DNA of 25,434 nucleotides from a virus. Each line of letters begins with the position of its first letter. Position 1 is the first letter of the stretch. The notes under the pieces are model-generated. The model was not told the DNA's origin. It did not search any database and saw only the letters and a list, made by a program, of their open reading frames with translations. The position numbers and the translations under genes were made by a program. This document shows positions 8,291 to 15,420 of the stretch, piece after piece. The stretch is from IMG/VR virus record IMGVR_UViG_3300038425_000174, one strand, 5' to 3'.

Positions 8291-8469
8291 TTGTTGCTCC
8301 TTATGTTGAACTTGTGAACCTCGTACAGCGGTCCGAGTGGGTTGCTACGGACCATGTAGAAGTTCGGGGTCTCTTCTACTACTTCCCACGTCCCCGCACC
8401 GATAGTGCAGGACTTGAGATCCTCATTGTGCGCCCCGGTCGGCGCCGTGAGTGTGATTGTTGAGGTCAT
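8287..8469 (-). CDS. Hypothetical protein (60 aa)
   Basis: Fills the gap between ArdA and the ArdC-like gene; GTGA coupling. Confidence 0.6.
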   Translation of the reverse strand: MTSTITLTAPTGAHNEDLKSCTIGAGTWEVVEETPNFYMVRSNPLGPLYEVHKFNIRSNK

Positions 8470-8472
8470 CGG

Positions 8473-9039
8473 TTAGCACCGGTAGAATACGAAGACGCCA
8501 CCGCCGGGAGCGTCAACGCTGTGGAAGCCTTCCATCAGCTCCTCCGTGGCGCGGTCCCAGTCGATGCAGTTGTACGGCCACCGCACCTCGCCAGCGGCGT
8601 TTCCACACCTTGCACACTCGCTGTCCTCTTTGACTGCTCCCGTCGACTCCGCCCACTCTTCGGCGAAGGCGCGGTCACTATCCCAGTGTCCTGCTTTTGC
8701 CTCCTCGAACCTCGCCTCATCGAGAGGGTCGTCGGCGTCTTCGGCCCACGCGATGTATTCATCACCGTGCTTCTCGATCAGGGCGCCGATCCGAGCGACC
8801 CGATCCAGTTGCTCGTATTCACCGATGAGGTCGCCGAATCCTTCCCGATCCATCAGTGCGAACTCATCCCCTGCTTCCAGGGGACCGACCTTTGCGACCG
8901 CCTCCCGCTGAACGCCCTCCTGCGCCTCGCGCAGCTCATCGACGTCGGTGGCATCCACCCACCTGCCGATCAGGTGCCCGGAGTTGTAGGCGCCCAGCGA
9001 GCCGATCCACACTCGTGGGGTTGTGTTTGTTGCCTGCAT
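8473..9039 (-). CDS. ardA: Antirestriction protein ArdA (DNA mimic)
   Basis: PRVWIGSLGAYNSGHLIGRWVDA at the N-terminus; IGEYE; FEEA..G.WDS...FAEE; IDW; VFVF at the C-terminus; highly acidic; RBS AAGGAG. Confidence 0.9.
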   Translation of the reverse strand: MQATNTTPRVWIGSLGAYNSGHLIGRWVDATDVDELREAQEGVQREAVAKVGPLEAGDEFALMDREGFGDLIGEYEQLDRVARIGALIEKHGDEYIAWAEDADDPLDEARFEEAKAGHWDSDRAFAEEWAESTGAVKEDSECARCGNAAGEVRWPYNCIDWDRATEELMEGFHSVDAPGGGVFVFYRC

Positions 9040-9065
9040 GATCTTGCTCCTTCTCTCGTGGTTGG

Positions 9066-9317
9066 TTAGCGGTTGAGCCCTAGCTCATCTGCCAGGTCGT
9101 AGTGATGAATCGCTGCGTCCAATGCCGGGTCATTCTCCACTCCGATGTAGACGAAGACGTTAGGCACTCCGTCGTCCGTATCGTCACTCGGGTTGAAGTA
9201 GATCGTGGTTTCTTTCGAGCCATCGTCCGTCCGCACGATGTAACCCACTCGCCCGTCGTTGTAAAACGGGATGTAATACACCCCATCCGAGGTGTAGATT
9301 GCTGGAAAGCGTTTCAT
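9066..9317 (-). CDS. Hypothetical acidic protein (83 aa)
   Basis: MKRFPAIY...; RBS AAGGAG before ATG 9317, directly downstream of hammerhead 3. Confidence 0.75.
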   Translation of the reverse strand: MKRFPAIYTSDGVYYIPFYNDGRVGYIVRTDDGSKETTIYFNPSDDTDDGVPNVFVYIGVENDPALDAAIHHYDLADELGLNR

Positions 9318-9339
9318 GATTCTCCTTGTCCTTGTTCTT

Positions 9340-9408
9340 TGGCTTGACTTCGTCAGCACGGCGGGAGCCACCCGCTCGTGGACCGGGACCGGAGCCCCGG
9401 TTTCGTCA
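9340..9408 (-). ncRNA. Type II hammerhead ribozyme 3 (core CUGACGA plus an extra A)
   Basis: UGAC-GAAA-CCGGGGC(UCCG)GUCCCGG-UC-CACG A GCGGG(UGGCU)CCCGC CGUG-CUGACGA-A-GUCA-AGCCA; tail AGCCA pairs with loop I UGGCU; predicted cut after C9381. Confidence 0.9.
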
Positions 9409-9621
9409 CCATTCACCTCCGATCCCTTCCGCGCGATCGGCGCACCGATCACACTGATACCCGCGCGCCACGTCCAACGGTGTGAGCACGTTCTTTGCTC
9501 CGCAGTTCGGGCACGGCAGGTTGCGGGGGTTCCGGCGGGTCGCGGCACGTAAGGCGCTGCGCCCACCCGGCTCAGCGAATCCAACCCCGTCGATCGGCTC
9601 GTCGTCCCAGTCGTGGGTCAT
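9406..9621 (-). CDS. Small Zn-ribbon protein (71 aa)
   Basis: VGFAEPGGRSALRAA...NPRNLPCPNCG...GYQCDRCAD; ATGA-coupled. Confidence 0.8.
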   Translation of the reverse strand: MTHDWDDEPIDGVGFAEPGGRSALRAATRRNPRNLPCPNCGAKNVLTPLDVARGYQCDRCADRAEGIGGEW

Positions 9622-9941
9622 GGTGAACATCTCACGTAGGAGTCGCGACTGTTCACCGCTTCGCTCAGGCAATGTTCGATGCACTCCTGCGTGTGTCCAC
9701 CACCCCACAACGCTTTCCGGATCGCAACCCGCCGTGGTGTGACGGATCGTGTGTGCCCCTGCCACTTGCGCTGTGACAGGGTGACCCAGGTGAGCCAGCG
9801 TCGTCGGGCCGCCTTTACTATCTCCAGCGCCTCTGGATCGCCACTCCTGATCGCGTAGACCGCCTTCGCCCTGTCGATCCCACCTTTCGTGAGATTCCCG
9901 TACATCAGTTCCAGGGCGCGGGTTTTCTCATAGCTCGTCAT
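9618..9941 (-). CDS. Hypothetical protein (107 aa)
   Basis: RBS GGAGGT; fits the operon tiling. Confidence 0.65.
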   Translation of the reverse strand: MTSYEKTRALELMYGNLTKGGIDRAKAVYAIRSGDPEALEIVKAARRRWLTWVTLSQRKWQGHTRSVTPRRVAIRKALWGGGHTQECIEHCLSEAVNSRDSYVRCSP

Positions 9942-10263
9942 CGCTATTCACCTCCGCTACTCGGGACTCAGCAGCGGCGACGCTCTCGAAGCTCTCCGCC
10001 GTCTTGAATCCATAGTTATCGGTCCAGAGAATGAACCGACCGAATCTCGCTGCGTGCCCGTCGGCGAATTCGACGTTCCCGGCTGACTCGTCCTCCCCAC
10101 CGACTCCGGTGAGGATGTCGAGCGCTACCACGAGCGCCAGATCATCGGCGCCCTCGTAGCGACCGGGACGCGCCGCGCTCGCCTCGGACGCCATCGCCTC
10201 CGGATCGATCTTCTCGGCGTGCTCGATTAGTTCGAGTCTGTCTTTGTCATCTAGTGAGTACAT
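9928..10263 (-). CDS. Hypothetical acidic protein (111 aa)
   Basis: Fits the operon tiling; PGRYEG and ILWTDNYGF motifs. Confidence 0.75.
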   Translation of the reverse strand: MYSLDDKDRLELIEHAEKIDPEAMASEASAARPGRYEGADDLALVVALDILTGVGGEDESAGNVEFADGHAARFGRFILWTDNYGFKTAESFESVAAAESRVAEVNSDDEL

Positions 10264-10266
10264 TAC

Positions 10267-10593
10267 CTACTCGCCTCCCTTTGGGAAATCGTAGCTGCGG
10301 AAGCTGCTCGCTTGGTAGGCGATCTCACCCACCTCATCGCAGTACACCTCTGCCTGCTCACCCTTCACCCACACCTTCGCGCCACGCTTGAAGACGCGCC
10401 GTACGGTGTAGGTGTCGTTCGCAGCGAGGTCGACGGTCACGGTATAGCCGCTGCCAACGGGCAGTGTCACACCGGTCTCGCGGACGAGCACGCGCCCGCC
10501 GCTGATGGCGAGGATGTTCATCCGTCCGATCTGCGCGAGCAGTTCCCGTGCGTCGCACTCGCGAAACACCTCTGTGGTTACTCTCTCTTGCAT
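10267..10593 (-). CDS. Conserved phage hypothetical protein (108 aa)
   Basis: QIG..NILAISGGR...DLAANDTYTV...VYCDE; RBS AAGGAG directly downstream of hammerhead 2. Confidence 0.8.
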   Translation of the reverse strand: MQERVTTEVFRECDARELLAQIGRMNILAISGGRVLVRETGVTLPVGSGYTVTVDLAANDTYTVRRVFKRGAKVWVKGEQAEVYCDEVGEIAYQASSFRSYDFPKGGE

Positions 10594-10610
10594 GGTCACT
10601 CCTTGTTCGT

Positions 10611-10674
10611 TGACTTGGCTCATCGGCGAGTGAGTAGTCAGCTCACCCGGACCGGGCTCGCGCCCGGTTTCGCC
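10611..10674 (-). ncRNA. Type II hammerhead ribozyme 2 (variant core CCGAUGA)
   Basis: GGC-GAAA-CCGGGC(GCGA)GCCCGG-UC-CGGGUGAG(CUGACUA)CUCACUCG-CCGAUGA-GCC-A-AGUCA; tail AGUCA pairs with loop I UGACU; predicted cut after C10650. Confidence 0.87.
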
Positions 10675-10676
10675 GC

Positions 10677-10919
10677 TCACTTCCGAGTACACGGGAACAC
10701 CCTGTAGATGAATCCCTCTTGCTCCTGTGCGGCCCAATCCGCTTCGTCCTCGGCGATGTAGGCCTCGACGCTCTCGGCGGTCAGTCCGTGGTAGACCTCG
10801 CAGCCGTAGCGCGCCTCGGCCCTCCCGACGTCTGCGCAGCCGCACTTGTGGATGCCGAAGTCGTACTCGTTGTTCAGGCGCGTGTTCACCGTGTTCACTA
10901 TGTCTAGCGTGACGCTCAT
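10677..10919 (-). CDS. Hypothetical protein (80 aa, HxxxC...PC possible metal site)
   Basis: RBS AAGGA; ATGA-coupled start at 10919. Confidence 0.72.
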   Translation of the reverse strand: MSVTLDIVNTVNTRLNNEYDFGIHKCGCADVGRAEARYGCEVYHGLTAESVEAYIAEDEADWAAQEQEGFIYRVFPCTRK

Positions 10920-11041
10920 TGCCGTCCTTCTTGGTCGAGTTGAATGATTGATGTGGCGGGGATCACCCGCACACGCCTCATGCGTTGGGGGAGGAAGAGG
11001 GCACGTAGCCACTCGCCCCAGGTAATGTCAGTGTTACTCAT
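10916..11041 (-). CDS. First small ORF of the leftward operon (41 aa)
   Basis: RBS AAGGAG before ATG 11041, directly downstream of hammerhead 1; stop coupled to the next gene. Confidence 0.6.
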   Translation of the reverse strand: MSNTDITWGEWLRALFLPQRMRRVRVIPATSIIQLDQEGRQ

Positions 11042-11060
11042 GGTGTTGCTCCTTCTAGGT

Positions 11061-11122
11061 TGACGCTCATTCAGCGGGTGCTCGTCACTCACCCGGACCC
11101 GGGGGGCGACCCCGGGTTTCGC
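11061..11122 (-). ncRNA. Type II hammerhead ribozyme 1 (variant core CUGAAUGA, 2-bp stem II)
   Basis: GC-GAAA-CCCGGGG(UCGCC)CCCCGGG-UC-CGGGUG(AGUGACGAG)CACCCG-CUGAAUGA-GC-GUCA; tail GUCA pairs with loop I UGAC; predicted cut after C11096. Confidence 0.87.
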
Positions 11123-11124
11123 AC

Positions 11125-11548
11125 TATCAAAGTTCTGCTTCGCTTCTCGCGGTTGTAGGACGCTTCCTCGCTCCATGTCTCGGTTCGCCTTGTGTGATCC
11201 ACGGCCATCCAATCCTGAAGTGGGATCTCTAGCCCCACGAGTGTCACAGGATGCTGCTGGATGATCGGGCGGGTCAGCCGGTTCCCCGGTTCACTTCGCT
11301 CGTTGTGTCCGTTAGGTGTCGTATTCGCTCGAACACTGCCGATCCTGATCAGGGGGTCGGAGTGATACTCAAGCCGGAGGTCTCACTTCTCCGTTGTCAC
11401 GCCCTAGTCAGTTTCCGGGGGGTTCGGTCGGTGGGATCTGTAGTGTCCCTTCCGGGTCCGGGCCTGGTGCCTTTCACCTTTCAGGTCCCTCGCTTTTCAA
11501 CCCGTGTCCCCGTCCATAGGGGCGATGGGGGGTGTGGACTCACCCTTC
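11125..11548 (-). ncRNA. Candidate large structured non-coding leader RNA
   Basis: No credible ORF or RBS; many nested helices found by eye, with a long-range closing helix (GGUUG/CAACC plus GGGAC/GUCCU) and A-rich junctions. Confidence 0.5.
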
Positions 11549-11579
11549 AACTATGTACCTACAACTGTATAGGCGATAT

Positions 11580-11686
11580 CTAAAGGCTTCCTAAAGGTTG
11601 GCGAGGGGCTATCTAAATGTTGTCTAAAGACCGGATAGACCCTATCTAAACCCTCTCTAAGGGGCTCCTAAAGACCCCCTAAAGGC
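11580..11686. repeat. 11-bp-phased CTAA(A) direct-repeat array
   Basis: CTAA starts at 11580, 11591, 11613, 11624, 11646, 11657, 11668 and 11679, all on one 11-bp register. Confidence 0.9.
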
Positions 11687-11695
11687 GTTTCACCT

Positions 11696-12079
11696 ATGAC
11701 TTCACCTAAACCGGACCCTGAGCAGGACCGCAGGGCGTTGGAGTTACGGAAGGGTGGCGCGAGCAGTGATCAGATCGCACGACTCCTTGAATACCCCGAT
11801 GAAGCGGCCGTCGCCGAGGGGGTCAGTCGCGCGTTGGACACTCACTCCCAGTCACTGGAGGAGATCCGCAAACTGGAGATAGAGCGTCTCGACGCGATGA
11901 TGCGCGGGCTTTGGCCCACGGCGGTTCAGGGTAATCACCTGAAGGTGGACCGCTGTTTGCAGATCATGGAGCGCCGAGCGCAGTTACTCGGACTGGACCG
12001 TCTCCAGCCCCCGCTGGAGGAAGTAGAGGACACGATCGATGAAATCCGTGCCCGACGAGATGCCCGCCGGTCAACCTGA
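11696..12079 (+). CDS. terS: Terminase small subunit (HTH-containing)
   Basis: ALELRKGGAS.DQIARLL, LEIERLD, RRAQLLGLD and C-terminal IDEIRARR; lies immediately before TerL. Confidence 0.8.
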   Translation: MTSPKPDPEQDRRALELRKGGASSDQIARLLEYPDEAAVAEGVSRALDTHSQSLEEIRKLEIERLDAMMRGLWPTAVQGNHLKVDRCLQIMERRAQLLGLDRLQPPLEEVEDTIDEIRARRDARRST

Positions 12080-13529
12080 AGGGGTACAGCAAGCGCGGCT
12101 CTTCACCGCGCCCCCTCGTACGTTCTCCTCTACAGGTGCGGAAGCAATCGAGCTTGCGGAGCTGAGCGGCCTCAAGCTCGATCCCTGGCAGAAGACGGTT
12201 CTCGATCACTCGCTGGGAGAACGCGAGGACCGAAAATGGGCCGCGTTCCAGGTCGGGGTAGTGGTCCCACGTCAGAATGGAAAGGGCGTGCTGCTGGAGG
12301 CCCGAGAGCTGGCCGGTCTATTCCTAACGGACGAGAAATTCATCATCCATTCCGCCCATCTCTATGACACCTCGCAGGAGCACTTCAACCGACTACTGAC
12401 CAGGATCGAAAACTCGTCCGACTTCACCCGTCGGGTCAGGAAGGTCTCTCGCTCTCACAACGAAGAGGGCATCACCCTGACGGACGGGAAACGTCTAAGG
12501 TTTCGCGCCCGCACAAAAGCTGGGGGGCGGGGGTTTACCGCGGATCTGCTCATCCTCGACGAGGCGATGATCCTTCCCGAGAGCTTCCTCGCGTCCCTGC
12601 TGCCGACGCTCTCCGCAGTTCCGAACCCGCAGATCTGGTGTACCGGGTCCGCTGTTGATCAGCAGGTTCACGAAGACGGGGTCGTACTCGCAAGACTCAG
12701 GGAACGCGCGATCAAGCAGGATTCCGCTTCGCTTGTCTACTTCGAGTGGTCCCTTCCTACCGACCACCCTGAAAAGGTAGGCGACGAGCTGGCCGGCGAT
12801 CCAGAGTCCTGGGCTCAGGTGAATCCGGCTCTCGGCATCCGGATCTCGGCAGATTACATCAAGAAGGAGCGTGAAACCCTCGGAGCCCGTGAGTTCGCTG
12901 TCGAGCGCCTAGGTGTCGGGGACTGGCCACGCACCGATGGTCTGCAAGGCGTGGTGATATCCCCCGAGACCTGGGCCAAGCACACCGACCCGCAATCGAA
13001 GATACAGGGGCCGGTCTGCTTCGCCCTAGATGTGACTCCCGATCGTTCACACGCTGCAATCTGCGTTGCGGGTCTGCGCTCAGACGGGCTCTCCCATGTC
13101 GAGGTGGTCGAGCATAAGCGAGGCACGGGTTGGCTGGTCGAGCGGGCCGCGGAGTTAGTAGACGCTCATGATTCGATCGGCGTGGTGCTCGATGCCGCCG
13201 GGCCTGTCGGGTCACTTCTTCCCGAGTTGCTCGCAGCAAGGATCGAGATCACCCCGGTAAACGCCAGGGAGCACGCACAGGCGTGCGGTTCATTCTATGA
13301 CTTGGTAGAGGGGGGCACGCTGCGTCACCTTGGCCAGAGAGGTCTTGCAGAAGCCGTCAGGGGAGCCGTGGAACGGCCCCTGGGTGATGCGTGGGCCTGG
13401 AGCCGCAAGAACTCCGGTGTGGATATATCACCCCTCGTGGCGGCCACCCTCGCGCTATGGGGGGCACACACCCTCGACCGGCACGGTCAGCCGCAGGTGT
13501 GGGACCTACGTCAATTTGGAGAGGCTTGA
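12039..13529 (+). CDS. terL: Terminase large subunit
   Basis: Walker A PRQNGK, Walker B LLILDEA, NPALG, nuclease motifs FALDV and DISPLVAATLA; exact start uncertain. Confidence 0.96.
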   Translation: MKSVPDEMPAGQPEGVQQARLFTAPPRTFSSTGAEAIELAELSGLKLDPWQKTVLDHSLGEREDRKWAAFQVGVVVPRQNGKGVLLEARELAGLFLTDEKFIIHSAHLYDTSQEHFNRLLTRIENSSDFTRRVRKVSRSHNEEGITLTDGKRLRFRARTKAGGRGFTADLLILDEAMILPESFLASLLPTLSAVPNPQIWCTGSAVDQQVHEDGVVLARLRERAIKQDSASLVYFEWSLPTDHPEKVGDELAGDPESWAQVNPALGIRISADYIKKERETLGAREFAVERLGVGDWPRTDGLQGVVISPETWAKHTDPQSKIQGPVCFALDVTPDRSHAAICVAGLRSDGLSHVEVVEHKRGTGWLVERAAELVDAHDSIGVVLDAAGPVGSLLPELLAARIEITPVNAREHAQACGSFYDLVEGGTLRHLGQRGLAEAVRGAVERPLGDAWAWSRKNSGVDISPLVAATLALWGAHTLDRHGQPQVWDLRQFGEA

Positions 13530-13546
13530 ATGCGACGGGATGATCA

Positions 13547-13750
13547 ATGATGGGTCGCCAGAAGCGCAAGGTGCGGATGCACATACAGGACGGTCCGTCG
13601 GTCGAAGGCGTGCTGGCCGGCAAAACACGCAATGAGTACATCATCTGGGCGCCGAGGGTGATCACGGGGGAACCAAACCCCGAGATGGAGGTGTCAGGGC
13701 ATGTTGAGATTCCTCGGGAGCGCGTGGTCTGGTACCAGGTTGTCGGATGA
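13547..13750 (+). CDS. Small beta-rich protein between TerL and portal
   Basis: SVEGVL...GHVEIPRERVVWYQV, a pattern typical of this position. Confidence 0.8.
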   Translation: MMGRQKRKVRMHIQDGPSVEGVLAGKTRNEYIIWAPRVITGEPNPEMEVSGHVEIPRERVVWYQVVG

Positions 13751-13757
13751 GTGTCGG

Positions 13758-14096
13758 ATGAGCGTTGACACTGAGCGGGCGTGGGCAGCCGGCTTCTTTG
13801 ACGGCGAGGGCTCGACGTGCTGTAAGGAAAATGGACGCGCAATTAGCATGTCTATCCAGCAGCTCGATCGAGCGGTCCTCGATCGCTTTGCTGCCGCTGT
13901 TGACGGACAGGCCAAGGTCTATGGTCCGTATGTACGGCGGGGGGGCTGTACCTATTACCAGCTTCAAGCAGACGGGCCGGCTCGGGTGAAGCACATATCT
14001 GAGACCCTGCCTTGGCTTGGGGTCGTCAAGCGTGGGCAGGCGATGCACGCCATAGCGGCGTTTGAGGGTAGCCGACGCGACGCGGTGATCACATGA
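13758..14096 (+). CDS. Free-standing single-motif LAGLIDADG homing endonuclease-like protein
   Basis: AWAAGFFDGEGS motif with downstream Q and LPWL..KR.QA; ATGA-coupled to the portal gene. Confidence 0.85.
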   Translation: MSVDTERAWAAGFFDGEGSTCCKENGRAISMSIQQLDRAVLDRFAAAVDGQAKVYGPYVRRGGCTYYQLQADGPARVKHISETLPWLGVVKRGQAMHAIAAFEGSRRDAVIT

Positions 14097-15400
14097 GCGG
14101 CCATGTGCTCGCCACCCGAGGCGGCGACGTAGAGCTGAGGGGCGCGAATCCTTACCTCGAATGGGGTGTAACCGCTCCCCCGCCGCCGGGCTCCGTAGGA
14201 GGCTCGATAGGTGGCCTGCACGTCACGACCGAGTCGGCGACCCAGATCGCCGCGGTCTACGGCTGCTGCGGCCTGCTCGCCGACAGCGTGGCGTCGCTGC
14301 CGCTCCGGGCACTCGACGCACCCGCGCACATAGTCACCTCGAAAGAGATCAAGACGCCGCCGCTGCTCGAAAATCCATATGAGTTGATCAGTCTGACGGA
14401 CTGGCTGGTGTGCTTCATCTGGTCGCTGGCGCTGAGAGGCAACTTCTTCGGGCAGGTCATCGAACGGGACGGTCTGGGCTATCCGACGCAGATCATGCCG
14501 GTTAGCGCGGACATAGTGCGACCCGACGTGAAGGCGAACGGGGAAGTTCACTGGCGCTACGCGGGAAAACTGATCCCCGACGAAGACGTGTTTCACGTTC
14601 GCTACCAGTCGATGCCGGGGTGGCTGCTGGGTATCAACCCGATCCAGGCGATGAAGTACCCGTTCGGCCTCGCCCACGTCCTCGATGTCCATGCGGAGAG
14701 CTACTTCGCCAACTCGGCCGACCCGCAGGGCGTCCTCGAAGCAAAGGGCAAACTCACCGAGGACTCCGGGAAGAAACTCGCCGCGCAATGGAAGTCCGCT
14801 CACCAAGGACCGAACCTCGGCAGCACCCCGGCGGTGCTGGATGAAGAAACCAAATTCAATCCGATCTCTATCAACCCCGAGGACCAGCAGCTACTTCAGT
14901 CGCGGCAGTATTCTGCGGAAGAGATCAGCGGACTGATCTTCAGGATACCGCCACACATGCTGGGCCTGACCGAACGGAGCACGAGCTTCGGCCGCGGGAT
15001 AGAGCAGCAGGAGCGCGGATTCGTAGCGAACACGCTGTCGGGTTATCTCTGCCGACTGGAGCGCGCCCTCACCGCCTGCCTGCCGAAGGGCACCTACGTC
15101 AACTTCGACATCTCCCATCGCATCCGTGGGGCCGAACTTGAACGCGCGCAGACGGGCTCGCTCGGAATGCTGGGCGGGTTTTTCACGGCCGATGAGGTGC
15201 GCGGCAAGTACTTCGACATGCCGGCGCTGCCGAACGGCGAAGGGAAGTTCCTCAACATTCCGATCAACACGGAGCTGCTGCAGAAAGCGCTGGAGGAACT
15301 GAAAAAGCTGGAAGCGGAACCGGATGAACCGCCGCCGCCACAGATCATCGAAGCCGAACCGCCGAGCGGACAAGGTCTACCGCAGAGCCCCGCCAAGTAA
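14093..15400 (+). CDS. HK97-family portal protein
   Basis: AVYGC..LLADSVASLPL, LALRGNFF, DVFHVR, GINPI, YFAN, IFRIPPHMLG, T.DEVR. Confidence 0.96.
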   Translation: MSGHVLATRGGDVELRGANPYLEWGVTAPPPPGSVGGSIGGLHVTTESATQIAAVYGCCGLLADSVASLPLRALDAPAHIVTSKEIKTPPLLENPYELISLTDWLVCFIWSLALRGNFFGQVIERDGLGYPTQIMPVSADIVRPDVKANGEVHWRYAGKLIPDEDVFHVRYQSMPGWLLGINPIQAMKYPFGLAHVLDVHAESYFANSADPQGVLEAKGKLTEDSGKKLAAQWKSAHQGPNLGSTPAVLDEETKFNPISINPEDQQLLQSRQYSAEEISGLIFRIPPHMLGLTERSTSFGRGIEQQERGFVANTLSGYLCRLERALTACLPKGTYVNFDISHRIRGAELERAQTGSLGMLGGFFTADEVRGKYFDMPALPNGEGKFLNIPINTELLQKALEELKKLEAEPDEPPPPQIIEAEPPSGQGLPQSPAK

Positions 15401-15420
15401 TCGCACCATCGGAGGTGCCT

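Noticed and set aside
11125-11548. tRNA, tmRNA or group I/II intron in the long gap
   Set aside because: No cloverleaf with a T-loop, no interrupted host gene and no recognisable intron core motifs by eye
11251-11583. 110-aa plus-strand ORF, and the 11212 extension of the minus-strand ORF
   Set aside because: No RBS or recognisable motif; the minus-strand extension would run through hammerhead 1, and a strong RBS marks 11041 as the start
11548-11600. Exact leftward promoter (TACAGT or CATAGT as -10)
   Set aside because: A promoter is expected here, but no convincing -35 at proper spacing was found, so it is not called
11580-11686. CRISPR array or simple VNTR
   Set aside because: The conserved unit is only 4-5 bp in an 11-bp period with variable spacers; no cas genes
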